DNA of 64,000 nucleotides from positions 44,020,001 to 44,084,000 of the forward strand of contig OX597824.1 in the NCBI GenBank assembly GCA_951406725.2, read 5' to 3'. The stretch is from Octopus vulgaris (lineage: Eukaryota). Under the pieces are notes generated by a model. The model made no database searches and was not told the DNA's origin. It saw only the letters and a program-made list of their open reading frames with translations. The translations under genes were made by a program, and so were the position numbers. Positions 49,746 to 64,000 of the stretch are shown piece after piece. How positions within the stretch are numbered: the stretch's first letter is position 1; each line of letters starts with the position of its first letter.

Positions 49746-52700
49746 AGTGGTCATTAAAATTATGCATTTTACAAAACTTTTTTTATTATTATTAACCTTT
49801 TTACTTTCCTTGAAACTAATAGTAATTTTAGATTAACTTGCAGTAACAGTCTTCCATATAGTTTTCCTCTTCTATATGAATTTAATTACTACTATTATTT
49901 TAAACAAGGCAAAATAAGAATAAAACTGAAAACTGAAAATTGAAGCTACTTCACTTCTCACTGCTAACATCAATAAGTTTAGGCTGTGAAATTTAATGAA
50001 CCTCATGACAAAGAACTATTTTGAAAATCGTTACAACCACTAAGGACCATTACTATATTTATCGGACACTGCAAAGACATACTAGTTTTTTAAAAATATA
50101 ACACAACAGAGAAGAAATACATACTTTAAAGAACCCATCTTTAATACATGATAAATAATTTGTGAAATTATAAAACAAGAACTGAAATAATAAATAAAGA
50201 ATAAAATTACCTCGAGAGGATCATTAAGCTAAACTACTAGGCATTGCATTAATTTATACCCAAATATTATTTAGTATGCATATAGTCATCCCTCACATAT
50301 ACTAAATATGGCCTGAAATGGGTACTAGTCTATTTTTGCCTCTAGCTGAATGCCTAATTAATTTTAACTCACAATAGTAACTGCAAGTGTACTGATTCCT
50401 ACTGATCATTTAGCAAAACCATTTATGAAGGGAACCTCTGAAACTCAAATGATTACAAGTCATAGTCTTTCGTAAAGTTGCTTTCTGAATTTTTTCATGA
50501 AATTAGGTACTAACATTCTGTAAGTACAAAAGAAGGCTAACAATTCTATATACAATCTATAACATTTCCAGGAAGTGCAGAGACTAAGCCACAAAATCCA
50601 GTGACTTGTCCAGATACAAAAGATGACTGCAGTAGATACAAATTTGATTCAAGAGATGGAGGTCTTCTGTTGCATTAATTTAATCTTGTGAATACATGCA
50701 TCAACTTTAATTATTGATCAATTATAAAGTTAATAATGGTCTTTAACTTAGTTGCATGTCTACTATTTATTGGAGTTTTATTATTACTTGCACTATCACA
50801 TTCCTGAAAACAAAGACTTAACTGAATAGATACCAAGTTATTATTGGTATTCATTTTATAAATCTTAATGGAATGAGCGTCAAAATCAACCCAATATCAA
50901 TTGAAATTAGAATACTGAGATAAGTATTTACACACATACACACAAAGAGGTTAAATTGTATTTTAGTAATTTTGTATTTATTTTACTGTTTATTTCTTCT
51001 TTTTGTCTCTCTCTATACTCATAACTAGTAATTCCTTACCTCTGTTCTGCAATTTTCAAAACAAAGTGGCAGAGCAAATGAAAATATCATAGACCTAACT
51101 TATATTAAATATAAAAAAAAAAAAAAGATATTCAAAATAAGTTTCAGTAAAACTACACGAAACAGACAATATTAAGTGTATTGGCCTTTCTTCTCTAACT
51201 AGATCATTAAAAATATATATACATCTAGAGTAAATTAATCTAAATTTGTAATTTAAGAATGGACAGAACCAAATGCTTGTATCTCTTACAATTTTGACAT
51301 GTATGCTAACCTTTACGCTGCCGAGATTTTGTTATTATTTACCTAGAAATGAAATAAACACATGTTGATCTATCATACTTAGTGTTTAGCTTATTATAGA
51401 TACATTTATGTAGATTATGCTTTAACAATTTGATGTTGAATTAGGAAGCTAACAATGTCTAACAAACAAAAATTCGCCATTTGATGTGTACATCACAAAT
51501 AATAGCAAAAAAAAAAAATTCTTCAAAGACTAAAAAAAAAAATGACAGGATGTGGCTTTGGCTGCGGTGGTAAAAAAAAAAAAATCATCATCATTCTGAT
51601 TGTGTATGCTTGCTCTCCCATCCTATCCATGCTACATTTGTAACAGTAGCAAACTGCTTGCCCTGTTGTTTTTATTTAGCTGCAAGGGAGACATAGAATA
51701 GATCTATTGGTCAACAGTAGGTTCTTTTTCAGAAGTAGTGATCTAGGACTACATAAGTCATCGCAGTTTTTTTTCTTCTTTTTTCCCTGAAGGATGGCTA
51801 AGTTGTAATTTGAAAGAAATCTAGCTGCTAATCCTATCTAATAAAACAAGAAACACATTCCTTTCTGTCTATTACACTTTGCCTAAAAAATTTTTTTACA
51901 ACTGGATGCCTCTATATTTATCAATTCATATTATTTGTGTATATTCTGAATTAAAATGCAGATATATACATAATGGAGGTAGTTTATTTCCAACAATCAA
52001 CAGTTCTCAGGAACCAGAATGAACTAGGGAAATATCAAAATAAACTGCACAAAACTACTCTTCAGTTTGAGGAGAACTTAGCATCTATACTCTCACACTC
52101 TCAAAGTACTTTTGTATTCCTGAGAGATCTTGTGAGAAGATCTATTAGGCGACAAATTGGTAGGAAATACTTAGTGGAATTGTCAACATGTTAGACAAGA
52201 TATCTTTCAGTAATTGTTTTGGCTCTCCATGTTCTGAATTCTTGGATAGATTTAATCCAGTGGTTGATTTAATACTACCATCTGGCACTTAGGTACTTTT
52301 AGTGGATTACACTCTCCTGCAGGCATTTAGGTTAGGCATTCCCTTTCTTCCACAAATCTAAAAGCATCCAACTCCAAGAAAAATACAGGGTTATGGTGCT
52401 CCCCTTTTTTTGTGGGTAGCAAATGGAAGTTGTACTCATGGCATTAGAGGGCAACCAAATACATTTGTCAAATTACAGTTCTTTAATGAAAGAACAAAAT
52501 TTGGCATGATGAAATTGAATCCATATATGACAAATCTAACATCACTTCAAAAATGCTGTGATCAGTGTTAGGGGACACACACACAACTAAAAGCAAATCT
52601 TAACATCAAGATTTTTAAATCTCTAATTTAGTAACAATAAATCTTAAGAACATTTTTCTTTCTTTCACTGTATTTATTTCTCAAACTATAGCAACAAAAA

Positions 52701-55409
52701 CTACTTGTTCAGAAAAAGTCGTGTCTCCATGTGCCTAAGCATACCACTAAACTAGTTACAAATATTTCAAGATTCCCTTCCACTTCTCTACATTTTTTAA
52801 AACCATTTAAAAGCTTTTTTTTTCTTTAGTACACCACTAATCTTTAGTAGCAATATATTCAGAAAAAGATAGGTATGGAATTTTTTTTTTTTTAATAAAT
52901 AAATACATAACTAATCATATTTTATAGAAAAATTGAAGTTGTTTTACAAAAAGCATTCACTTTACAAATGTAAAATACAATTGAAGTGATACTGATATTA
53001 CTTAAGTTTATAATTTTTATCTAAGAACAATTATTTTTACATGATTTTTTTTTACACAGACACTCAACAGAAAAATAACATTGCTGAAATCCGTATAAGA
53101 CAAATTAAATGAACAGGAAAATTACAAGTATTTGCAAAGTAAATTATACTTATTTTATAGTTATTTTCAGTAAAATACAAAACGAAATATAGTTAACTTA
53201 TAAACAAAAATACCAGACATTTAACATATTCAGGGATAAAATCTCATTGAGAAATAATTTATTTCTAAAACAAATATAGCCAGCCTTAACACAAGGTTTG
53301 ATTAAAGAGAATGCATTTTCAAATATATCAATTTATATTTGCATTTGTTTTTAAAACTTCTAGAGAAAATAATAAACTCTCAAAATTCCAGAATAAATTA
53401 ATGTTCTATAAATGTTTAAATGGCCCACATTATTTTATGAAAATAAGAAACATACATATTACCATGGAAATAGAATTTACAGCATGAACTACATTGCTAA
53501 TACCAGCAATTATGAGGAGGCAAAAAGATAGACAAACATAGGGAAAGATAGTTAAAACCTAGGTTAAAACACAGGTTCTTCTCTCTCACTCTCTCTCTTT
53601 CTCTCTCTCACTCTACCTCCTACCAATAGCACTGAATCAAGATAAGCAGATCCTGATAATGAGAACAAGATCTAAGACCCTAGAATTGGAAATTGGCACA
53701 ATATTCCGAGGTGCTCAAGAAGAGCATGAAAACCTTAGCTTCTCACCTTGATAGCGATGTAGGCCATTTATGTTGGAACCTGTCTCTGTTGAGGACACTA
53801 AAGAAAGAAAAACAGGTTTTCAAAAGAAAATTATTGATCTGAAAGATAAATTAATTCATTAGCAGTTTATCCATGGAAGTTCCCTCCTTATAAGTTGTTA
53901 GATCTGAGAAGGAAGGGCAGGGAAGGGACTGGGAACAAAAGGAAAATTGGTTACCATTAAAAAAAAAGCATTGCCTATGAAACTATGTGATACACAAATG
54001 AGTGTATGTGTGAATCAGATTTGAAAAAATATATCAAGTATATTCACTCTTAATTATTTGTTCCACTTAGACCAATCGTTTAAATTCGTAGTGAGATGCA
54101 GTATACATATGTTTGATATTTATTTGTGTCTAGAGAAATAGCAATACATTAACAAAAATATAGGTCTACTGCACATTTGAGCTAAATAACCAGACTATTT
54201 TCCCTTGATTTAAAAACAAAGTATTATCTGTCCATTTAAAAATATTTGTTGTGGAACTAATCAAGACTGTCAAATAAAAACAATATAAGAAGACAACCAT
54301 GCATTCTGACAACAAATTTTCAAACAGTTAATGAACAAAAATTGCTTATGATAATAAGATTATCTTTCAAAAAAAAAAAAGTTACAAATGCATCTATGGC
54401 CAGAAGACAAAATACACCAATCAACACAATTGAAAATATAACCTTTAGAACTAATCTAACATAGAACAAAACAAGCAAATACAGTTAAGTTGAAGGATTC
54501 TGCATTTGAGAGAGAAAGAAAAAGAGAGGATCAGGGCCATTGGTTAAGATATCTCCATACATATTAACTTCTTTATGGAGTAATTTTAATGTAATAATTA
54601 TGAAAGGCTTCATATCAACTACTAATCTCAAACACTTTATAATATCCAGTAAGTTTAAATATACGATTTTCAATATACACACAGCAACAATAATTTCCTC
54701 ACACTCACTTTAACCTGGCTATTTATAGGGCTCTATACCAATCTATATCTTGATACCCAAGAGTTCTCACACCAAGAAAAAGAATAAACCACCTATTAAC
54801 AAAACAGAAATTTTGTGAATTCAGATTGGGTGAATGTTCTAGTTATGAATGTTTTGAATAGCTGTCGTTATATATAAAACTAGAGGAAAAGTGAGGACCA
54901 AAAAATGTTAATTTCCCAATTAGTATTTAATAATTATGTAAAAATGATTTCCATTATACAATAATTTATATTTCAACTTATTATCTAATTCACTAATATC
55001 TTTCCTGTTCCATTACATCAAAACGTACATTATTTCAGTGAATTTATGGACCTTTGAGTTATTCAATGTGTTAGAACTTTTTTTTTTTTATTATTTGGTG
55101 CACAAAAGGAATGGTTCTAATTGATGTAAAGAACCTCTGACTTTACTTCAGTACATCTAATAGCTTCATGCATCAAGTCCGTGCCTTCAATTGAAAGGAA
55201 CAATAAAGAATTGTAATAATACCCTCATTCCTTAAAGATTTAGCTAGAGGGGAAAAAAAGAGAAAATAACATTACGTTAATGATAGAACAATGTATATAA
55301 AAATATATTGTGCTTATGTATATAAAAGTGCATGTGTCTAAATACATACATACACATACATATTCCATATGCATTTATACACATACATATTGATCCTATT
55401 CGAACAGAA

Positions 55410-55413
<4 letters not shown>

Positions 55414-55481
<68 letters not shown>
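55414..55481. repeat. (AAT)n microsatellite
   Basis: About 22 perfect units. Confidence 0.95.
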
Positions 55482-56404
55482 TCAGAAATAATTGTAGAAA
55501 ATAAATTTAACATTATGTATTTCAGAAACTACTCTTAGTATTTCCCTTTATGTTGAACTAGATACATTCTATACACAATTACAAACCTTTTAATTGTTTA
55601 AAAAGAAAAATGAAAAAAAAAAAAAAAAAAAGAAAAGAAAAACATGGAACATGTTTAAAAATCTAACAAGTTCATCAAATTTTATTAAACATGCACCCCC
55701 AGCCATGTCTGGTTCACCTCAGCTCCATTGCTAATTTAGATTGTAATTCAGTAGCAAAGATAAATATTCTAGATTTTAAAATAATTTGTAACCATCATTA
55801 TATATTAACTCAAAAATAAAGCTAGCTTAATTTGTTTTACTAATTAAATATCTACACAAACACTTGGTTTTTTTTTTTTTTAAGAATTGCTTTCCACAAT
55901 CTCAGTATATCTTAACATCTAGCAAAAGCAGTTATGATAATGCATCTAAGTAAATTGTTGTAAGTATCAAAAGAAATATATAGAACAGAAAATTGAAGAA
56001 AATTTTTAAATGCTAACAAAATATCTATAACAGGTTGATACATCAGCAAGTAAGAAATATATCTGTAATAAAATTCAGCCCCAGATCAGAAGTTTATCAT
56101 GGTCAATACTTTCACTATTGTTGCTTTTATAATTATAATTAACTAGATGACCTGTGAAAACTTCACAGAAAACATACAAAATGTAAGCATCTGTAAATTG
56201 TGTGCTGGTGCCATGAGAAAGGTTTCTATATTGTGACACTTACAGAATATAGAAAGAAGTATAAAACTAATTAACTATATAATCCAACCAAAATGTCTCA
56301 AGTTAAACAAACCTAAACAGAATTACTATTTAGCCTTAAAATACATCATACATATTCAAAGAACCATCTTGCTTTAGTGGTATGGAATGTTTTTCTGGTA
56401 TTGT

Positions 56405-56712
56405 TTCATTCTTTTACTTGTTTCAGTCATTTGACTGGCCATGCTGGAGCATCACCCTTTAGTGGCAGAAATCGCCCCTTGGAATTATCCCCTGAAAGCC
56501 TGGTGCTTATTCTATCAGTCTTTTCTGCTGAACAGCTAAGTTACAGGGACGTAAACACACCAACATTGGTTGTCAAGCAATGGTGGTGGTGGGAGGGGGG
56601 ACAAACACAGACACAACCTTATATACATTATAAATGATGGGCTTCTTTCAGTTTCCATCATTGAAATCCACTCACGAGGCTTTGGTTAGCCTGAGGCTAC
56701 AGTAGAAGACTC
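56405..56712 (-). mobile_element. Decayed SINE copy (second 3'-end type)
   Basis: tttacttgtttcagtcatttgactggccatgctggagc...cctggtgcttattctatc...gggcttctttcagtttcc...aaatccactcacgaggctttggt is reverse-complement similar to 60750-61070. Confidence 0.7.
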
Positions 56713-57209
56713 TTTAAAGTATAGAGTTAAATTTTGTGTAGCCACCTGTTGGCAACTTTTCTCCCCCAACCATTTTGTAGGGGGTATTACCAATTTTTCT
56801 GGGCTCTTTTCACAGCAATACTCCATTCAAAATTTGCATTAGTTTTTGTAAGGCGGGGGTTAGAGAAAACGTTGAATGTGCCTGGGAAAAAAAAAAAGAA
56901 GAAAAAACATGGTCTCTCCCCTCAACTAAAAGACATGAAGAACTATGAAAGAAGGCAAACAAGTACCAGGGGTGGGGGGTGAGGGAAGAAGAGAGAACTA
57001 ACAGACAATTGTTCTAGAACTCTCGGAATGCAAACATAAACACCTGAAAGACTTTCCCTCTATTCATTACTAAATGTCTTCCCCTCTCCTTCATTGTTAA
57101 AAATAAAGAAGCTAGAAAAGATCAATCGTATTTCAGTCTAATTGTCATTTAAAATGACTAACGCTTTCTTTTCTCTGTCTCTATTGCTTCACTTCTTTTC
57201 TTTAAGTTT

Positions 57210-57930
57210 AAGATGGTGAAGTCATGAGTACGATTCTTGGCAGTGCACTGTGTTCTTGAGCAAGGTACTCTACTTCACATTGGTATAGTCCACTCAGTTA
57301 GCAAAAATTGTAGCTGTAATTCAAAGGGGCCAACTATGACACCTTCAGTGTGAGGCTGAATTTCCCTTATGGTATGCATGTCTGTGGAGTACTCAACCAC
57401 TTGCGCATTAATTTTACATGCAGACTGTTCCTTTGATCAGATAAACAGGAACTTCATCATCGTAAGCGATGGAGTGCCAGGTTTTAAAAGAGAGTGAAAG
57501 AAAAGGAAATGTTCCATATCGTAAGGTAAAAATGTCAAGTGTTTAGTATAAGCGATGAAAGCTAAGATGAAATAATTGGTATTCCATTGTGTAGTGACTT
57601 TGCCTTCAACTCGCACTCAATTTGATAATAGCCTGCACACCAGTGTTTATCTGGGGGCTTGGCCACCAGATCTGTGAGACCCATAAACGCCACTGTTAGG
57701 ACCAGATTAACACCCATAGTGACCCTGCTCCTATATAGGAACATTTTTCATTTTCTTCCAACCACTTGAAGGTTTATCTTGCTCCAGTCCACTCAGCTGG
57801 CCAAAATTAGTTGTAGCTGTAATCAAAAGGGGTCAGCCTTGTCATATTCTGTGTGAGGTTGAATCTCCCTGAGAACTACATTAATGGTATGCATGTCTGT
57901 GGAGTACTCAGCCACTTGCAAGTTAATTTT
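57210..57930 (+). repeat. Two direct copies of an interspersed SINE-like repeat
   Basis: agtccactcag...gtagctgtaat.caaaggg...gtgagg.tgaat.tccct...atggtatgcatgtctgtggagtactca.ccacttgc at 57287-57415 and 57786-57928. A more diverged copy lies at about 26390-26490. Confidence 0.75.
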
Positions 57931-60388
57931 ATCCTCATATGGTAATGAAAAGTGAAAGGGACATCCAATATTTGCTGTAGTTATTTGTCTTTGATTTAAA
58001 AATGTGTCTATATATCTATATATCAACTTTTCTTTCAATCTATGTATCTACTGTCTATACCACTTCCTCTGTGTCCCTCTTTTCTCTTGCTTTTAATTTA
58101 ACAATGTGTGTATGTACCAACTTTTCTTTCACTGTATGCATCATTCTACTCAAAAAAAAAAAAAATATATATATATATATATATATGAGAAAGAGAGAGA
58201 GAGAGAGAGAGAGATGCACACACACACACTGCCATCTATATATCATACATAATGCAAACACTTAGCTGAAAGGCAATAAACTATGGTATTCACTCAGAGA
58301 TAGCATCTTTAATGGATGTGCTACATTTAAAAACAGTATATATCAGAAGGAAATGAAAATGTTTCCAACAGCTGCCAGTGATAACACCAGCCATATACTT
58401 AGACAAGAATTGCCAACCTCCAATATGTAGAAAAACAGTCACTAGTATTGTGAATACCTGCCTAGATGAATAAAAAAAATCTGTTACATGCAATAGAAGT
58501 AGTATTAAATACCTATTTATGTATCATAATTTAAACAGTGTGGTATTCGTCCAGAGACACTGCTTATATTGCATATAGTGAATTTATATTCAGCTGGGTG
58601 ATCATTTGCAATACCAGTGAGTACTTTTCACCATTTTCTTATACATCAGAGGCAACTGATCTTGATTAAACACATGGTTAGCTGTGAATGGACACCATTG
58701 AAAAGGCCCAACAACACTGAAATGCATCCAGTTTTCTTGCTAGCCACTGCTGGTATAATATTCATCTACTTTAGATATATTATGCTTTTAATGTCCATAA
58801 GAGGTGTTATATCTGGATTATTGCTGCAGTACATTGCCTTTCAACAATGTATTTACATTAAGATACATAGATGGCTATTTTAATTTAATATTGCTTCTAT
58901 TACATGTAATGTATATATGCGAACATACACATATGAAGGGCATGAGGGCTATTTGAAGACCGTTATCTGTATATTTTTCTCTTCAAACCAATTAAATGTT
59001 GCAGAAAGTTTAGATGAAACTTGAAGCTTCTAGCATGAATGTTTCAACTGTATCAAAGAGTAAAAAATAATTCTATAAATTCATATACTGTAAAGACACT
59101 TCATTTCATCCAATGGGTTCAAAACATTATCTGGAAAAATCATTGAAGGCTATTCACCAAAGAACTTTAAGTGTTGGCATGTATATACACCCTGAATGTG
59201 ATTGGTTTGACATTTTCATGGAGTACCAGATTATAGCAGTATGAGATTAGCAACATCATAGAGTAATAAATTTTTTGTAGTATGAAGAATGAAGCACGTG
59301 ATATTGGATACAAGTTGCAGCCACTGGCCTGAACACTTTCCAATCAAGTATGCACAATGCCTGAAACACTTTACCATATTGCATGAAATTTTCTGCAGAA
59401 TGAACTTTCCATCCCACACAACTGCCAACTGCACAGGCCTATGGATGTACAAGACTGAATGGACCTATATAATATATTTGCATAATACACTACTATTTTG
59501 TGAATATCTACAAACTTACATACTACAGGAAAGCAAGCACAGAAACCTAAACTAACGTGTGCACATGTGTGTGTGTGTGTAGATGAGTGTATGAAGAACA
59601 GCATACAGGACGTTACTGTTTGAGTGGTAGGGAGGAGGATATTCTATAGAAATTTGTATCAATGTTCTCTGTCTGTCAAAAAGCAGATTCCTTGAAGCAG
59701 AAACCATAAACATGACAACTAGCTAACTACAAGCTTCTCAGATCCTGACTTATGTATGACAAGAAGGTTGCAAATATAGTTGCCATTCCTTCTAATAGCA
59801 TTATCATTATTATTATTATTGTTAACAAGGTCACTGTCATGGTCACTAGACTGGCATCTTGGGATGTTGTTGTTAGAGTATTTGATGATTGAGCTGGTTT
59901 GCCTTACAAGATTCTGTGGTTGTCCCCTTTTTCTTTCTCTGCTTTCCATTGTATACTTTGGGAATGGTGCATGTGTGTAAGAATGTGCATGTTTACCTTC
60001 TTAAAAATGAAAAGGCATGACTTTGAACTTCTGTGATTTGTTTGTCTATCTCCTACTATATGGTGCCACTGATGTTCTTGATAATTTATATAACAGTAAT
60101 ATATATTGAACTTTTAACACCATTCTTTATATTCTTTGCTTAATACTGAAGAAGTAACTTGAAGAGATTATATTATGTTTTAACAAGAAATTATGTAATC
60201 TTGACATATATGTTTTATAAAGAAATAAGATACCATATATATTTTCTGTATTTTATTAATACTATGTATGTATGTATACACACAAACAGAAAATCAAAAC
60301 TCAAAACATGAGTGTATTTTTTTAACTATTATTCATCAGTAGAAGTTAGCTTCACCGATTAATTATATATATATATATACACACACAC

Positions 60389-60610
60389 AAAAGTCACCTG
60401 ACAGTAAATCAAAACCATTTAATTCCAAGATTTATTTATGCCTAACAACTGAATGGATTTAATAAAAGCATCTAAATACAAAACATCATGAAGACAGTTC
60501 AAACTGAAGTCCTTGTTGAGCGACACATTTTTACATTCAAGTCAATACCAAATTACAGACAGTATTTATGGAATTTTGACTTACTGTCGGGTGACTTTTG
60601 GCCAACCCAG
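60389..60610. mobile_element. Tc1/mariner-derived MITE
   Basis: Inverted ends aaaagtcacctgacagtaaatcaaaa / ttttgacttactgtcgggtgacttttggccaacccag|TA. The left tip is replaced by a (CA)n tract. Confidence 0.7.
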
Positions 60611-60639
60611 TATGTGTGTGCGTGTGTGTATATATATAT

Positions 60640-60795
60640 AACCAGAACCATGTTATTGAGAAATAAGTTTCTTACCACACACCCATGTCTATATGTGTGT
60701 GTATATATATATGTGTATATACACATATATATACACACACATATAGACATGGGTGTGTGGTAAGAAACTTATTTCTCAATAACATGGTTCTGGTT
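60640..60795. repeat. Near-perfect 156-bp loopless palindrome
   Basis: aaccagaaccatgttattgagaaataagtttcttaccacacacccatgtctatatgtgtgtg...cacacacatatagacatgggtgtgtggtaagaaacttatttctcaataacatggttctggtt; the arms differ by one AT unit. Confidence 0.93.
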
Positions 60796-61070
60796 TCAGT
60801 CTCACTAAAACCTTGAGTGAACTAAAACAAGCCTGTTGTGTGTACGTGAGAGAGGGACAGAGGGAGAGAGAATTTGTCCCCCGTCATCGTTTGTTAATAA
60901 GTGTTGGTGTGTCTACATCCCCTTAACACAGTGGTTTGACAAAAAAAGACTATAGAATAAGTACCAGGCTTAAAAATAAATAAGTACTGGAGTCAATCCA
61001 TTTGACTAAAAGTTCTTCAAGGCAATACTCCAGCATGGCTACAATCTAATTACTGAAACAAATGAAAATT
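60750..61070 (+). mobile_element. Decayed SINE copy
   Basis: gggtgtgtggtaagaaac...atagaataagtaccaggct...ccagcatggctacaatctaattactgaaacaa. Confidence 0.65.
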
Positions 61071-62919
61071 TAACAGATACATGCATAAAATGGGAAAACT
61101 GAGAACAAGTCATTTTTCCATGTCAATTCTATGTCACAGATATACAATCAGAACTAAATGAGGAAAATAAATTAGAATAAACCTCACACTTCAAAAATTC
61201 AAAGCAGAAATCACTCTCCTGTGACTAAAGTACTTAAAATCAAAGATAAATTTACAAAATATAATGCCATAATGCAGAAAGAAATCACTGAATGAATGAA
61301 AAAAAAACAAGTGAAAAGTTCTTAGAACTCTGAAAAAAAAAAAAAGAGAGAGAGAGATAAGGAACAAAATCAAATAAAATACTAGAAATCAAAAATCTGA
61401 AGAATACAGAACTTATCAAGAATAGAAGAAACCATAACTTCCTCCATAATAATTTACAAGTTAGTTCAAGAAATAGAGTGACAACTCATAAATCCTTATA
61501 TGCAAAAATAATAAAAAGATGAAAAATGGACAGAAATTCAATAATTCAAACCAAAAGAAATCCAACTACCATAAAACACAAAACATAAATCTACTAAAAA
61601 CAAGTCAACATAAGGAAGATGGTATAAGAATAATACTAGACATATCAACAACTGGAAATCCACCTTCCAAAGAAAAAATAAAAAGATACAATACAAATAA
61701 CTCAAAGAACAAAGTAAACCTTTTCCAAGAGTAAGAGTTCTAAACAAAATTGAAAGAAAATACAAATGATATAAAAATTCAAGGAAATACTAAACTGACT
61801 GATCCAAAAGTAATAAATTTATCACAAAGAAATTGCATAAAGCATTAAATAAAACTTTTGGAATAGGGACTTAAATTCACACCACACCTTACAACAGATT
61901 TTATAAAAAGATACTGAAGAATCTTGCAGAAAACTTTGATTATGAGAATTCTTCCGAAAGAAGGATTTTGAAAATCCACTCGTAAAAAAGACAAAACAGG
62001 ATTTTAACTTATAATAAACAGGAATAAACACTTGTACAATATCTATCTTGTCATCTACAATGTCCTCTGAACAGGCAATATAAGGTTGGTGTGCTAGGGT
62101 GGCTGAATATAATAAGGATGCGAACACGTGCATGCGTTTGTGTGCTTATCTCTGCCATCCTTTGTATGTGAATATGTATCTCTGTATACACGTGTGTGTA
62201 TGTGCGTTTGAACATGTCCATGCACATACCCATCATTTTTCCTCTTTCTCCTTCCCTTTTTGCTTATCTTCTTTTCTTTTATCTTTTATTCTCTCTTTTC
62301 TACTTTTTCCTCACTTCTCATTTTCATTTCCCTCTCATCCTTTCTCCTTTACTGACCCAAATTAGAGTATTGTAAACCAAACTAATGCCATATGTACTTT
62401 TGTTCAACAGTTCACATGTGCTGTCTTATGAGTAAATGCAGTGTGCTTCTTAGCCCAGTTTCTTGAGTAACATGCCACTGGAAGGGCATATGGCTGTAGA
62501 AAATTTACATTAATTTCCCCCTGACCAATGCTTGCATGGAAAATAGCATTATATTGATGATGGTGGGATTATTTTATGTATATTTTATGCATTATATTGA
62601 TGATGGGATTATTTTATGTATATCATAAATTAATCTTTATGTTTGACTCCCGTCTTATAGCCTGTTACTGGTCACAAACTAAGTGATTTGTAAACACACA
62701 TCAATACTCCTTTCACCTCTTGACCCATGTTTGTCTGAAAAAGCTTTTATCCACAAGCTGATTTTTCATTTTTCCTAATTAGATGCTCTCTCTCTTCTTA
62801 GAAGATAAAAAATGCATTAGTATTTTTTGATGAACTGTAACTTTAATTTGATAAAATCCAACAATGAAACCATAATGAAAAAAGATATTCATGTATGCAC
62901 ATGTGGGCAAATCACTAGC

Positions 62920-63831
62920 TGGTATTGATGTGCACAACAGCCAATTTGAGAAATAGCCTTTGTATCAATCCTCAAACTTTTAATAGCACAGTCAAGAGGG
63001 GGACTAAAAAATGGCATTGCCAAGTGAAGAGATCTGGGACATCACAGAAACTTTCTAAGAAGAAAAGGAGGAAATTAATAAATACTGACTGGCAATTTTC
63101 TATAAGTATCGCAGACTATACAGACATGTCTCCATATGGTGTAAGAACAGTACTGAAGAGCTAATATGACAAAAAGGTTCAACTAGGCTGAAAAGCTTTG
63201 CAACAAAGATGAGAAGATTTGGACATCAACAGGATCTTCTGACAAGAGCAAATTCCAATTTTCCAATTCAAAGCAGGTAATGTGTGGCATAACAAAACTG
63301 AGGTATGGAAGCTAGATTGTTTGCAAGGACCACCAAACACAAAAATGTGCAAGTAATTGGGGGCGGGGTGTTTGCATGATATGTAGATTATATCTCATTT
63401 TTGTTGGAAATCATTTGAAAGACCAAATACATTGTCAGATACTTGAAAAGAATCTACTATCCATCTCTTCTAATGTTGAAATTGATAAACAAAACAAAAA
63501 TCTTTTTCAAGATGATGATGTTTCATGCTATAGAAACAAATCATCACAAGCTTGGACAGGAACTTGGCATGATCAAATCTTTTAAATGGCAGCTCAAAGC
63601 TTTGATCTTCATCAACAGAACACATTTTGTCAGAAGGTTGTGAGCAGACGAAAGAGCGAATAAACATGAATTAATCAAATCCATGTCTAATTTTGTGAAA
63701 CTAGTCATATTAGCTAAAGAAGAGTCTACAAAAATATCAAGATAAATTTTCATTTATTTCGAACAATTATTCAATACATTATTAAATACTGCATTTTATT
63801 ATATTCATTATATAGTTATTGTAGGCCACTG
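62920..63831 (+). mobile_element. Decayed Tc1-like transposon fragment
   Basis: RSGTSQKLSKKKRRKLI (GRPRK-like linker) and ILEKNLL...LFQDDDVSCY (FQDDNAPCH-like). Ends ggccactg|TA. The left TIR was not found. Confidence 0.65.
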
Positions 63832-64000
63832 TATGTGCACGCATGTGCACATGCACACATACACCAAATATCAATGCATATATCGATAGGATAATGTACA
63901 AACATATATGGCTTGCAGAATTTCAGATCATGAGAAGTCATTTTACTAGAATTACCAAATTCATGTGTGAGTGGCTAAGTTATTCACAGACGTACTTTTA

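Noticed and set aside
58930-59560. Possible DNA-transposon remnants or short ORFs
   Set aside because: No convincing TIR pair or catalytic motif could be read.
62547-62623. Short tandem duplication (gcattatattgatgatgg...attattttatgtatat x2)
   Set aside because: Ordinary slippage duplication at a decayed SINE tail; no further significance is evident.

Overview
AT-rich, CpG-depleted, microsatellite-rich eukaryotic genomic DNA. The repeat content resembles an octopus or other coleoid cephalopod (inference from SINE-like repeats ending in (TGA)n and abundant (TA)n/(CA)n; not verified). The window holds the 3' half of one large minus-strand gene, a MARK/PAR-1 serine/threonine kinase. Seven phase-compatible GT-AG exons (43753-43641 UBA; 43325-43157; 39462-39287; 35964-35786; 30476-30327; 27902-27675; 3357-3027 KA1 plus stop) give 448 codons after a 2-nt phase-1 overhang. 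No kinase-domain exon was found, so these presumably lie beyond position 64000. The introns carry decayed Tc1/mariner elements, MITEs, LINE fragments (CR1/Jockey-like, R4/Dong-like), a Penelope-like fragment and many SINE copies. The most interesting signal is in the 24-kb last intron between the FSRR exon and the KA1 exon. It contains several GC-enriched candidate cassette or terminal exons (16407-16372, 14508-14420, 18930-18853 and weaker ones) whose splice sites and in-frame stop codons sit inside RNA hairpins. This suggests a structure-dependent, possibly A-to-I-editing-dependent, switch between KA1-containing and KA1-less kinase isoforms. That model is inference and needs RNA-seq. Almost all ORFs in the supplied track are spurious.
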